A stretch of DNA of 64,000 nucleotides from Podarcis erhardii (taxonomy: Eukaryota): NCBI GenBank assembly GCA_964252035.1, contig OZ176208.1; one strand, written 5' to 3'. Each line of letters opens with the position of its first letter. The first letter of the stretch is position 1. The translations under genes were made by a program, and so were the position numbers. The notes under the pieces were generated by a model. It worked only from the letters and a program-made list of their open reading frames with translations, was not told the origin of the DNA and ran no database searches. Shown here one piece after another: positions 27,224 to 39,756 of this stretch.

Positions 27224-27614
27224 ATTCAGATGGTCAAAGGCCTGGAAATGATGCCTTATGAAGAACGGCTAAGGGAGCTGGGCATGTTTAGCCTGGAGAA
27301 GAGGTGGTTAAGGGGTGATATGATAGCCATGTTCAAATATATAAAAGGATGTCACATAGAGGAGGGAGAACCCCCTGCCAAGCAGGAAACACCATCAGAG
27401 CACTCCTGACATATGGTTGTCAAGCCTCTGCTTAAAGACCTCCAAAGAAGGAGACTCCACCACACTCCTTGGCAGCAAATTCCACTGTCGAACACCTCTT
27501 ACTGTCAGGAAGTTCTTCCTAATGTTTAGGTGGAATCTTCTTTCTTGTAGTTTGGAACCATTGCTCCGTGTCCGCTTCTCTGGAGCAGCAGAAAACAACC
27601 TTTCTCCCTCCTAT
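27224..27614. mobile_element. CR1 LINE 3' fragment with internal inversion
   Basis: + piece [40 protein letters not shown]; - piece [32 protein letters not shown]. Confidence 0.9.
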
Positions 27615-27733
27615 TGATTTGACGGGGCAGCAAAAGTTTACTGGGGGTACTTGCTACTGTACAGATTTAGTTGTGAGAATGCTGCAATATAGCCAACTGT
27701 TTTATAAAAGTAAATACTCTCTACTTCTATTAC

Positions 27734-27944
27734 CAAAAATATCGCTCAACTTCTTCCAGTATGCTGACGTTTCATTTGGCTGCAATGGCTGAAAAACCTG
27801 ATGACTGGTGGGAAGCTTTTGTACGATAGCTGTCACATGACTGAGAGTTACCCAACGGGTAGCTTCAAAAAGGCTCTTCTGATTTTTGGAGATTTCATGC
27901 ATGCCAAGACTTAAACATGGAGCTAGAAGGCTTAGGTTGAAGTC
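27734..27944 (-). CDS. HTT: HTT exon 48 (211 nt)
   Basis: ttcAG|GAC..TTTG|GTaata; [29 protein letters not shown]...[11 protein letters not shown]. Confidence 0.96.
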
Positions 27945-28546
27945 CTGAAAGAACAAATGATGGATAAAAGGTTGACAAAAAAACATTTTCACACAGAAAA
28001 GGAAAACTAGAAATTCTAACAAGCCTATATGATTTAAAGTGCTAGCCTGGTTATGTAACGATCGTCAGTCAGGTTGGAATTGAAATAAATTGTTGAAAAT
28101 TTTACATTATCAGTTCCTGTCAAGCTGAGATACAGAAGACAGATGTCTAGGCCTTTTGGCCCAAAGTACATCCACAAAATGGAGGACACCTAGTGCAAGA
28201 CTAGATTATCACAACACTCTGAAAGCACGAGTAATTATGTCTGATGCAAAAAACTCACAACGTATTTAGATTGTATACATATAGGCTTGAACTTAATGCA
28301 TAAGCTTAATGCACCTCATAATAGCGGCAAGCACTTCATCAGAATTTACACCAAGCCACAATTGTATGTAATGGTGTGCTGTGTGTGTGTGTGTGCAGAA
28401 GGGAGACACAGCTTCAGTCCTCCAACTGAGTTTGATTTACATACGTAAAAATAAATGGCATATAGAATGAAATCTACGGATGTTTCTATATTTGTAAGAT
28501 ACAAGATATAATTTATTAAAATTCCATTTAACAATTTACTAATTAG

Positions 28547-28954
28547 TGGCAGAATCCGAGACCAGGGAGAAGAGTTGGTGGAAGAAGATTGGAAGAAATT
28601 TAAAATCTATCTACAGAAACACTGTAAAATTATTGAATGCTAATGACATTGGAATGAAACGAAGTGGTTCTAGTAATAAGGCAAAATAAGAATATGCAAG
28701 AATGGATTGATATTAGACGAAAATTTGAAGTTATAATATGTGAGGATAAACAATTAAGGGTAAATTAAGAGGGTATGAATTTGCTGAACAATTTTTTAAA
28801 TGGAATACAAAAAAGGGAGGTGTGAGGAAGTCATGAAAATTTTTCTTTTTATGTTAAATTCTGTTTTTTGTATTTTTCTTGTGTTTTTTGTTTACTGTTT
28901 TGTAACTTTTTTCTTGTTAAAATTTTTATAAATATTATTTAAAAAAAAAATTTT
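28547..28954 (+). mobile_element. L1-clade LINE 3' fragment
   Basis: ORF2 C-terminus (RIRDQGEKLVEEDWKKFKIYLQKHCK) homologous to 39130-39224; A tail; 12-bp TSD TTTACTAATTAG (28535-46, 28955-66). Confidence 0.85.
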
Positions 28955-29238
28955 TTTACTAATTAGCTATTGCTCAGGGCAGCCTATTAGTCACAAAGCT
29001 GCATACTAATAAAGTCACAGTGACATAATTCCAAGTAAGCATGCCCTTACTTAGCCTTAGTAATAATTTTAATGAAGATTTTAAAACGTCCAAAGTTTTT
29101 ATTTAAACAAGAGAGAAAAAACATGGATATTTGATAAAAGATTTCATGTGTCTGGATTCTAAAAAAAGAAGGTAACCATCTATTCCCTGAAATGAAGGCT
29201 CGGCTCCCCAAATTAATTTAGCTTGGATATTTTAAAAA

Positions 29239-29588
29239 TAGTGGTACCTCGCAAGACGAAAAACTCGCAAGATGAAAGAGTTTTTCATTTTCTGAGTTGC
29301 TTCGCAAGACGAATTTCCCTATGGGCTTGCTTCACAAGACAAAAACGTCTTGCAAGTTTGTTTCCTTTTTCTTAAAACCATTAATACCCAGGGTGCATTC
29401 AGGGGGTGCAGTTGCGACTTGACTTCGAGGAGCAACTCATAGCACGCGGTGTGGTAGCCTTTTTTGAGGTTTTTGAAGACTTTGGTGATTTTTGAAGCTT
29501 TTCCAAAATCCGTGCTTCGCAAGACGAAAAATTCGCAAGACGAAAAAACTCGCAGAACGAATTAATTTCGTCTTGCGAGGTACCACTG
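29239..29588. mobile_element. Tigger/pogo-like MITE related to family A (reverse orientation)
   Basis: GTGGTACCTCGCAAGACG..CGTCTTGCGAGGTACCACTG-TA with internal repeats of the TCGCAAGACG motif. Confidence 0.85.
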
Positions 29589-30163
29589 TACATATTCTAT
29601 TATGAAGCTTACACATCAAATCCTTGTTGTGAAGGGGTGTGTAGGAATAGCCTACTGGATTAGGCCAATGGTCATACAGTAACAGAATTGTAGAGGTGGA
29701 AGGGACCCAGAGGGTCATGATCTAATCTAGCATCCCATTCTCCCAGTGGCCAACCACCATGAGCCCCGTGGTCCCAATAGGCTTGAGAGGCTAGGGGGGC
29801 AGTTGCTGTCAGATGAGGAGCAGGAGGATGCAGCTGGGGGGATCTGTTGCCTTTAGGAGCTGGGGAGGCACCCTCACTGGGTGCTTGTCATTTCCTATCC
29901 ATGCCGCACGGGGAATCCTAAGCAACGGAGGGAGGGCAGCAACTTGCCAGAGGGGAGGCTGGACTGCAGGAGGAGAAGGAGGAGCCAGAAGGGCTGACCA
30001 AAACTAGGCAGCGCATTCACTGTTGGGAACACTGATATGGAGCGGAAATGATTTTATTTTGTCTGCAGAAAATTTCTCACTGTTAGAAATGTGATGTTTT
30101 ATAAATCGTATCATAATGGTGTCAAATTGAGCATCTGGGAGTGATACAATACCAGTGAAATCT

Positions 30164-31804
30164 TTTTTTTTTTAAAATTTAATTTTTATTAATTTTCACC
30201 GCAAATTAAGAAACAAAACAACACACATATAAAAGAAAACGAATAAAGGAATAAAGAGAAAAAAATAAAAATAAAAATAAGCAAAGCCAAATAAGCAAAG
30301 CCAAAAAAGAAAACACCAATAAACGCATATACATATTACAAATTACAACATTACATTAAGGACTTCCCTCCATCACGGTTTGAGCTCTATTTTGACCTTA
30401 TCTCCCTGCGGTTTCTTATTACCGTCTATATCAGTACCTCTCAGATTTTATATTGTACCTACTGTAATTTTGATATTTCCTATGTTTTTTTCTGTATATG
30501 TAAAGAATTTATTCCAATCATTAATAAATTTAACATTTTTCTGATGCCTGATCTTCTGTGTCATCCTTGCTAGCTCTATGTACTCGAATAACTTGGATTG
30601 CCATTCTCTAATAGTTGGGATATTGGGGGTTTTCCAATTTTGCGCTAAGAGTAACCTGGCTGCTGCCGTTGCGTATTGGAACATGGTTTGGTCTTCTCGT
30701 CTTATCTCCTCCCCGACCATTCCTAAGAGAAAAGCCTCAGGTTTTTTAGGGAAGGTGTATTTCAAGATCTTTTTTAGTTCATCATAGATAAGTCCCCAAA
30801 ACCTTTTCACTTCTCCACATGCCCACCACATGTGAAAGAAGTTGCCCTCTTTTGATTTGCATTTTCAGCAAATTTTGCCCCCGGTCTTGTACATTTTTTC
30901 CAATTTCACAGGGGTTATATACCACCTGTACATCATTTTTTGTAAATTTTCTCGGAGTCCAACACATGCTGTAAATTTCATGTCCTTGTTCCAGAGTTTC
31001 TCCCACCTATCAAATTCTAAGTTATATCCAAGGTCCATGGCCCATTTGATCATAACTTCCTTCACTTCTTCATCCTTGGTGTCCCAATCTAGTAGTTGAT
31101 TATACATTTTAGATAGGAGTTTTGAATCTCCTTCTATTATTTCCACCTGATATCTGGACTTTTTCTCACTCATCCCTATTTTTTTATGCTCATTCCATAA
31201 CACATTAATCTGATAGTATTGCAACCAAGTCGTTAATTTGTCTTTTATTTCCTCATATGGTTTGAGTCTCCACCCTTTATCTGATCTTGTCAATAATTCC
31301 TCATAAGTCCATCTTTGACCTTCCATGTTGGTTTTTTTAATTGTAATGATATCAATTGGCGACAGCCACCATGGGGTGTCCTTTTCCAAAAGTCTCTTAT
31401 TTCTGTTCCATACCTCGAGTAGCGCTCCCCTAAAGACATGGTTGGCAAATCCTTTATGTGCTCTCTCCTTACCCTGCCATAGATACGCGTGCCAGCCAAA
31501 TCTAGCATCGAATCCCTCCAAATCCAACAAGTCAGTATTTTTCAACGCAATCCAGTCCTTGATCCAACACAAACATGCGGCCTCATAGTATAATTTCAGG
31601 TTCGGGACCGCGAACCCTCCCCTATCTTTACGGTCTGTGAGCAGTTTGAATTTAATTCTTGCTCTTTTTCCCTGCCAGATAAATCTGGACAGGGTTTTCT
31701 GCCAGTCTTTGAACAGCTTCGTGCCCCTAATTACCGGGATGTTTTGGAATAAGAACAGCAGCCTTGGAAGAATGCTCATCTTGATTACTGCCATCCTCCC
31801 TGAG
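30164..31804 (-). mobile_element. 5'-truncated L1-clade LINE (late RT domain to C-terminal Cys-rich domain of ORF2)
   Basis: ORFs 30865-31794 and 30448-30831 are one frame split by a single TGG>TGA stop in the C[W]KC..H.WW.C knuckle; AATAAA and poly(A) at about 30164-30190. Confidence 0.9.
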
Positions 31805-32069
31805 GAAATCTAAAACAAACTACTGAACAGTTTTCTCAGGGCTTTCTTCCACCCTTAACATCTAACACGAAGTATATTTTATTGAGTTTATTATGTTCTA
31901 AAATAGCTGCATTAAAAAAAGAAGATATGTGGCATGTTACTTTTGTTTTCAATCATATTTTTATACTTGGATTTGTATTTTTGTTTGGATTATTTTGAAA
32001 AAGGAAAGCTGATTCATAAAAGTATACATTAAATCCCCCTTTATTTTGTAATGACAGCAAACTAATTAC

Positions 32070-32192
32070 CTTATGTAGCATAAAAGAACTCAGTTCGGGT
32101 TGAGGAAGCCGATTCACCAACTCTGCACCTTCTAACAGAGCCGAGGCTGACTTCGTGTAGCATTGTGAACTCACTAGTGAAACATACCAGTC
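32070..32192 (-). CDS. HTT: HTT exon 47 (123 nt)
   Basis: tgaaAG|GAC..AAG|GTaatt; [41 protein letters not shown]. Confidence 0.96.
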
Positions 32193-33159
32193 CTTTCAAG
32201 AAAAGAGTGTCAATCAACTACACATACTTAAAAACAAAAGAGATAAAACTATCTTGCTTTAAATCAAGCTTCTAAAATGTACTCAAAAGTTGAAATCATA
32301 TACATACTTATATGCTTGCTACCACCAAGGTTGTATTTACCTGATAATACAATCCTAAATTATTGGTGAGGGGACTGACCCCACCCCTCCTCTTTCACAC
32401 AGCATCCAAGGCTTTTGCTGGATCACCTCAACCATCATGGGTGACCAACAGAAGCCTCAAATGCCAGACTAAGAAGAGAATGACAATTCTGAGCAAGTAG
32501 CACTTCACCAGACATATGGACGCTATCAGAATTTTGTCAGCACAAACAGGGCATGAAGTGCTATAATGCTCTGATAACCCTTTAAAAGTCTGATTCACTT
32601 GGTTCTTGTCTTACGATGCAAAAAGGTCCACTTATGCCAGCAAGACAGGTCACAAGATGAAAAACTGCTGCGTGAAGCTTCCTTTTGCCCTGACTGAGGT
32701 GCTGCCTGCTCCGTCAGTTGGCCTGGAGAGTTTTTTCCAAGATAGGAGCTCAGCCTTCCAATGACAGGCTCACAGGTATCTGCACACCACAGTAATGACC
32801 ACCGGGAATCTGTCCTGGATGGAATCTAGGGATGCATCTGATAGAAAAGACACTGCCGTTGACACTTTCAGGAGAGACTTCCAGAGTCTAACCAGGTCTT
32901 AGCAGTTCCTCTAACCATATCAGAGTCACCATTTAGTCCTCTTGAGTCTACCCTCCTCCTGCATTCTCTACTACGACTGTATGTCAGCTATTGAGAAGGT
33001 GAGAGGTCAATCATTCTGCAGCAAAAACCCATCTTTTTCTAGACGGAGACATACTTTTTTAATGCACAGGAATCCACACATTTCTGACTGCTTTCTGTAG
33101 CTCGAACAAAACCATTTCCCCACAAACAACAAAAGCATCACATTCTTAGCATTTTAAGG

Positions 33160-33185
33160 GTGTGTGTGTGTGTGTGTGTGTGTGT
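33160..33185. repeat. (GT)n microsatellite
   Basis: Run of GT dinucleotides. Confidence 0.9.
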
Positions 33186-33568
33186 AAACCAAGACCTATC
33201 TATTTTGTCCTTATTTAGAATACTGCATTTGATTCAAGGCATCCTATTTTGATGAGCACTTGCCAAAAATGATCAATTAAAAATTAATTAGGCCCACTTT
33301 AAGGACAGCATGTCTAAAAGGAACATTTTAACAAGCTAAGTGTCTCTGAATACAATTGCTCTATAATATGGAAGCAGGAATCATGAAATTGCTGTGCAAA
33401 GCCTTAACGTTTGAACAGCACACAGATTCTTGCTTTTAACCAACCTCTAGCATTCAGAACAGAAAATGTACATCTATTTACTAAGTTATTAGACTGAAAA
33501 GTGTTACCTGTACATTTAAAATAAAATTATAATTGCAGTAAATCTACAACAATAATCTATGGCCTTAC

Positions 33569-33707
33569 TTTATCTGGAATTACAGTTTCCAGAGCAGGCT
33601 GGCTCTCCCCATCCAGTGGGTGTGAAGTAACCAAAGATGATGGGCTGCTTGTTTCTGGTGCGACAGTAAGACGAAACCTATCCAGGAGTGAGTAGAGCCT
33701 TTGGTGT
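33569..33707 (-). CDS. HTT: HTT exon 46 (139 nt)
   Basis: ttccAG|A..AAA|GTaagg; [46 protein letters not shown]. Confidence 0.97.
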
Positions 33708-33973
33708 CTGGAAAAAAGAAATGCAACCAGATTATGCAGAGTCTAGGAGAGACAAAAACATTCTGGTAACATCTCCAGTGGATAAATGTGAACAAAAGTT
33801 GGTTTAAGCAAAGCTTGGGTAGAACTACTATGATTTTCTCTCACAGGAAGCTGTTTAATGCAATTACTTCTTGTTGGCGGGGGAAGGGGGGGTGGGGACC
33901 TATGCAAAATACATTTTGAAAGATTGGCACATTCCATATTGCAAGAATACAGCATCACTAACTAATGTGCTAC

Positions 33974-34050
33974 CTGAGTGCTAATCCAGTATTCTGAAGA
34001 TATTCCTGAATTCTATCCAGCTCTTCAATTGGTAACTGAGCAGTGCTGTT
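33974..34050 (-). CDS. HTT: HTT exon 45 (77 nt)
   Basis: tatAG|AAC..CAG|GTagca; NSTAQLPIEELDRIQEYLQNTGLALR. Confidence 0.96.
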
Positions 34051-34515
34051 CTATACAAAAACAAGAAAAACAAACATTTGTATAGGTCTGGCAAATGAAA
34101 AATAAAACATACATTATGATAAGTTAAGAATAACGCCAAGAAACTGTGGTTAGCACTAATCATTGTTTCTCACTTTAATTTTACCTAAGACGGCAAATAT
34201 GGACTGAAATAACTTAACTTTTCTCTTAAACTGAAGTTTTTTAGATACTAGATATATGTATTTTTCTTTAAAGCCTTGAGACTTATGCACATTAAGTCTC
34301 GTGCCCCTCCCCTTCTCATTGCATTTAAATAGCGATGTTTATATACAACATAGCACATAACACAGTCAACTCTCCCTATGAGACATGGTAAATTATTTTG
34401 TCCCCACAATTTACTTAACAGGCAGACTGAATGCAAATTAAATTTAAGAATACTGCACTGTATCAGAAACACTGACAAACGAAAGTATACATAAACATGA
34501 CAATGCATGTGGTAC

Positions 34516-34692
34516 CTGCACTGTTGCAGCTAAAAGCATTTCTACTCGACGGCAAGCAAGAGTATCGACCATGCGAGCCAGCACACGGAATGGAGTACAC
34601 AAAAGCTTGTCCACGTACAATATTAAGACGGCACCAGACTGGCTGAGGTGAATCCCCTCTAAGCACTGTAGAGTCTTCTTTACTGCAGTTGG
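34516..34692 (-). CDS. HTT: HTT exon 44 (177 nt)
   Basis: tttAG|CCA..CAG|GTacca; [59 protein letters not shown]. Confidence 0.97.
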
Positions 34693-35017
34693 CTAAACAG
34701 GGAGAAAAGAAAATTACAAGGCTTTTTTCATACTAAACTACCGAAAAGCAAATGACATATGAAAGTTTTGAACAGCTCTGAACAAAACAAATCATTCCTT
34801 AATGGAGTTATAGCTTAAACTCAGGCACAGACTAAACAAAGGCACGGACCCCAAAAATGTACACACCCCTTCCTTGAGTTTCTCTTTATGTCAACCTCGC
34901 CCCCACCCCCCAATAACACCCAACTCTACCTCTTTTTTGCATCTAATCCTGACTAATTTAGAAGATACTCTGAACAGGAGTGCTGGGAGATAACAATAGG
35001 GTAGATGAATGCTAATA

Positions 35018-35237
35018 CAGTGGTACCTCAGGTTACATACGCTTCAGGTTGCATATGCCTCAGGTTACAGACTAACCCAGAAATAGTACCTTGAATTAAG
35101 AACTTTGCTTCAGGATGAGAACAGAAATTGTGCTCCGGTGGTGCACATTAGCTAAAGTGGTGCTTCAGGTTAAGAACAGTTTCAGGTTACAAACAGACCT
35201 CCAGAACAAATTAAGTACTTAACCCGAGGTACCACTG
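35018..35237. mobile_element. Tigger/pogo-like MITE, family B
   Basis: TA-CAGTGGTACCTC..GAGGTACCACTG-TA; internal GCTTCAGGTT repeats; homologous to 43651. Confidence 0.9.
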
Positions 35238-35280
35238 TAAACTGAATCTGAAGCCAGCTAAGAATCCAGAATTAGTAGTA

Positions 35281-35467
35281 CAGTGGTACCTCTGATTGTG
35301 AACGGGATCTGTTCCAGAGCTCCGGTCGGATCCTGAGGTTTTTGCTACCGGAGGTGCCTGTTCTGCCCATGCACACGCGTCGAAACCCAGAAAAATACAT
35401 CCGGTTTGCTGCATTCGCATCCTGACGTTTACATAACCAGAGGGTTACGTAACGCGAGGTACAGCAG
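35281..35467. mobile_element. Tigger/pogo-like MITE, family C
   Basis: TA-CAGTGGTACCTC start, degenerate right TIR; homologous to 43411. Confidence 0.8.
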
Positions 35468-35776
35468 GTGACATTTCTAAGAGGGAGAGTGTATTCAGCT
35501 GATTCTGGACAGGGTTGCACTCCCCCTTAAAATTTAGGTTTATAGAATGGGATTTTTTATTGAGCCAGCATTGCCCATGACACGCACCCCCCCCCCGAGC
35601 CAATTTTGGGAGGTGCAATGTGCACAAGGGAAGCAGAGGGAGGAAAGCACCTTTGCGCAAGCAGAAATCCTTGCACAGGGCTTTTGCTGAAGGGGCTCAG
35701 AAGATGAATCCCAAGGTGAGGATAAGAGTCACAGAAAAAGGGTAACAGGGAATTTTTATAACTCTAAACAACTTAC

Positions 35777-35956
35777 AGCTGCAAAGTTCTCACACCGCGA
35801 CTGAATAGCCTGGATGAAAAGTCCACTCGCTGCTGAATTCCTGTGAATGGCACTAATGAAATCTTGCACAGGTGGTTCATGGGAGAGATTAATAAGATCT
35901 TGAACGTGATTCACTGTCAGCCAGGTTAAGTGTTCAGAATCATGCAGGTTTTGGCA
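35777..35956 (-). CDS. HTT: HTT exon 43 (180 nt)
   Basis: catAG|TGC..GCT|GTaagt; [60 protein letters not shown]. Confidence 0.97.
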
Positions 35957-36011
35957 CTATGGAAGGAAAAAGAATTTGATTCATCAATTCTAAGGCAATG
36001 CCAACTGTCAA

Positions 36012-36857
36012 CTGGGATAGCTCAGTCGATAGAGCGTAAGATTCTTAATCTCAGGGTTGTGGGTTTGAGCCCCACACTGGGGAAAATATTCCCACTTGTA
36101 GGAAGGGACTAGATGACTCTATTTTTTTTTTTTTAAAAAAAATTATTAACAGGCCAATCACATCACATTATTCAAATCACATTAGTTCCAAATTATACAG
36201 CCAAATTTTAAATTTTGTTGAGGGTACCCATATATCAAGCTCCGCACGAGTCCAAAATTCTGGATAACTCCAGGCATCACTTATTTTACTGCTTTAATTG
36301 GACAGTTCTATCCAGTTCGATCCGGATAGTCCTTTATTACTTTCTTTCTCTTCTTGTTGTTATTATCATATATTCCTTTCTTTGCGATCTCTGATGATTC
36401 TCACAAGCAGATAAAACTGGCGTCTCTGTGTGGGTTTTGTACTCTTCAAAGACCATATCGCTCAGGGACAGCCTCTGTTCAACGCTTCCATAAACAAAAT
36501 TAATCTTCAGTCTGTCCTTTATTTTTCCTCAGGCTAGCCAAATAAATCAAATAAATCAGGGGGCTCTGTCAGGTCAAACTTGCATTCCAACTTCTCTTTC
36601 GAACGATCCTGATTCTCCTCCCCTCTGTCCTTCTTTCTCCGGCAAGCCTGTCTTGGCGAGACGCCATTTTTTAACTGCGTCATAAAAAATTTCCTCTTTC
36701 TCACCGTTCACCAATCTTCTCTCCTGTTGTAATCCATCCCACACAGTTCTTAAAATCCTGCTTATGATTAGTAAAAACACGACGATCTTATTTCTTTCTG
36801 GGGTGAAGGGTTATTAATATCACATGGGACTAGATGACTCTATGAGTCTATGAAATC
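36012..36857 (+). mobile_element. tRNA-Lys-derived SINE split by a later insertion
   Basis: Head GGGATAGCTCAGTCGATAGAGCGTAAGATTCTTAATCTCAGGG at 36014; tail resumes at 36826. Confidence 0.8.
36123..36825 (-). mobile_element. Unclassified poly(A)-tailed insertion
   Basis: 18-bp TSD GGGACTAGATGACTCTAT (36105-36122, 36826-36843); T run on the + strand at 36122-36134. Confidence 0.75.
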
Positions 36858-38033
36858 ATAAAGGTTGCATGGATGACATTTCTACATGTGAATTCCTCTA
36901 CCGATACCCTGACTCAGAGAACTACATTTAAAGTTGGCCAACCCTCTGAAGGTCTTCTGCTACCAAAGTGGCCACTGAGCATGTAAGAGCCCTGCACTCA
37001 TTACATGTATACATATATGCAACACACTCTTTCTCATATGTGTGCAGGCACATGAAACAGAGCATACCACAAAGACATGCACACACCTCTTAATCTTACT
37101 TAATAGTGGCTAGTGAGTCTTTAATATGTTTTATGTGTTTAATATGTCTGGATTATCAATGTTTTATGGATGGTTTTTATTGTCTAAATTATGCCAATAA
37201 AGGCTGAATGAATGAATGCACACACCACAGTCATGCTCATCACATCATTGGGTTTGTTGGGGAGGTTTAAACCTCTGCACCTAGCCCAACACTACAACTG
37301 AACACAAGTCTTGCTGGGCAGAACTAAACCTCTCCCCAGAAGCCCAGAGCTGCATTGAAGAGGAAGATGGAGCCTGGAAGGTTTTGTGTGTCTGATTCTG
37401 GCCACAACCACCCCTGTTGTGACTGAACATCTGTAGAGAAAATAAGGGAGACAATCTTTCCTCTTTGTACTAGAAACCACAGTATTTAAGTGGAGATCAG
37501 GTAGACTTGGTGCTGCGTTTTCACCTAAATGCAGACACTGTTTAAGACTAAAGACAAAATTATCTTAGGAGCAGTGTTTTTTATTAAACCTCGGAATAGA
37601 GCCCTATTACTTGTTGTGGAGGAGGCAAGAACAGAATGAGGTAATAGCAGAAATCCTGACTGTGATGCCCATTGGGAGAAAATCAATGCACTAAATCCTG
37701 GAAGGAGGCCATATCTAACAAACAAAAGTCTTTAGAAGAAGGGCGGTATATAAATCTAATAAATAAATAAGTAAAAATAAAAAAAGATATGTGAAAGTTC
37801 AGGAGTGGGAAAGGAAACACTCAGGAAAAAAAATCCTCACCTGAGAACTCCCACCCCACAACTTTTGCCAAAGGAAAATGTTTTTTTGCCACATTTTATC
37901 TTTTCAAATGCGTGAAATGTTTTCAAGACTGGGGTTTAGTAACACAAAATGTATAGTGTTATGTTTCTTATGTAAGGTAATCTACAGCATTAGAAAATGA
38001 TAGTTTCAGTGCATACGGTAGACATATACAATA

Positions 38034-38215
38034 CAGGCAACTTCCAATTTATATGGGGGTTACCTTCCAAGGCACCGTGTACCTAAGTGAAATTGCGTAT
38101 ATTTGAAACACCATTGAAAAAGCCTGCAAATACCCTGTTCCGCCCCTTTTTGAGTCACCTTTGGGTTGAATGCAGTCGTGCACATATTGGGCGCACCTAA
38201 AATGGCCACTTTCTG
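38034..38215. mobile_element. Degenerate Tigger-like MITE
   Basis: TA-CAG..CTG-TA ends with a weak TIR match. Confidence 0.4.
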
Positions 38216-38505
38216 TACTCAAATCCAAGATGCATTTCTTAACCTAGAGAGTGCTGTCACCTTTCTGAGGAGCCTATAGGGTCTTCTTTTTCTTGTGAAC
38301 TGTTACCTTCTTCTTCTGAACTATGATCGAGTGTGGAGATGCTAGAAATAAGAATTCTACACCTGCTGCCTTCTGACCTCACCCCTCCCTTGTGGTCAAC
38401 TTTCACTTCTCTCAAATTACATAATCTGCTATAATCCTGCACCTACCTACTTAGAAGCAAGTTGCATTGGGTTTAATGGGATTTACTCCAAAGTATGGGA
38501 CACGG

Positions 38506-39748
38506 AAAAGTTAGGATTCCAGGTGGAAAAATCGAAGTTAGAAACGGAACTGTTAGAGCCTAAGACTAAGGTACTTTCAAGAATGTATAACTTGCTGTTA
38601 AAATGGAACACACAAGATGAAATGGTTAAATCAGCTATGATAAAGTGGGCACAGGACATTGGGTATAATATTATGTTTGAGGACTGGGAAAAGTTATGGA
38701 CTGGGCTGAATTTTACTGCATGTAATGCTTTGAAAGAAAATGTAATGAAAATGATATATAGATGGTACATGACCCCAGTCAAACTTGCAAAAATATACCA
38801 CTTGTCTGATAATAAGTGTTGGAAATGTAAGGAAAATGAAGGAACATTCTTTCACCTTTGGTGGACTTGCCCCAAAGTGAAGGCTTTCTGGGAAATGATA
38901 TATAATGAGCTGAAAAAGGTATTTAAGTATACCTTCCTTAAGAAACCAGAGGCCTTCCTTTTGGGTATTGTTGGCCAAGGGGTGCTAAAGAAGGATCGAA
39001 CATTTTTTATGTATGCAACAACAGCGGCAAGGATACTCGTTGCCAAGCATTGGAAAACTCAAGATCTACCCACACTGGAAGAATGGCAGATGCAACTGAT
39101 AGACTATATGGAACTGGCCGAGATGACGGGCAGAATCCGAGACCTGGGAGAGGAGACGGTGGAAGAAGACTGGAAAAAATTTAAGATTTATTTGCAAAAA
39201 TATTGTAAATTGTATGAATGTTAAGCAGGATGCTTGATCATAAACAATTTGGCACCATCGAAACAGACGAAGTGAATTATGAAGATAAGTTAAATTCACG
39301 AAAAAAATCAAATTTTTAGATAACTATTAGGCTAAGTTTAATGTTTTAAAGAGTGAAATGAATATATCTAAAATTTAAGATATAACATTGGAAAATTAGA
39401 TTGTAAGGTGGGGACAAGGTGATAAATTGCTGGATTAATTTTTATAAAATTGGAACGCAGGAGCGGGAGATGTGAGGAAGTCCAAAGAGGACAAGAAAAT
39501 ATGTTATAAAATGTGATATTTCTGTATGTTTTGTTTTGTGTGTTGTAATTAAAAAACCCTTAATAAATATTATAAAAACAAAAAGGTGGGGGAAGCAAAA
39601 AAATTTTTTTAAATGTGAACCATAAAGTTTCTCCATCTGGAAGGACAAAAGTACAAAGATACAGCACAGCTGCAAAGAGATAATAAAGTATTAATAACTC
39701 ATACATAGATTCTCTTGATATTAAAGATATTAAAAAAAAAAAAAAAAA
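38506..39748 (+). mobile_element. 5'-truncated L1-clade LINE with probable 3' transduction
   Basis: ORF2 C-terminus 38523-39224 (CWKCKENEGTFFHLWWTC); 17-bp TSD CAAAGTATGGGACACGG (38489-38505, 39749-39765); A17 tail. Confidence 0.92.
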
Positions 39749-39756
39749 CAAAGTAT

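Noticed and set aside
30157-31811. GAAATCT as the TSD of the minus-strand L1
   Set aside because: Only 7 bp and could be chance, so the right boundary remains approximate.
36012-36082. tRNA-Lys(CTT) gene (also at 2066 and 43138)
   Set aside because: Stems and anticodon arm are mutated and each copy continues into a CR1-like tail, so these are SINE heads.
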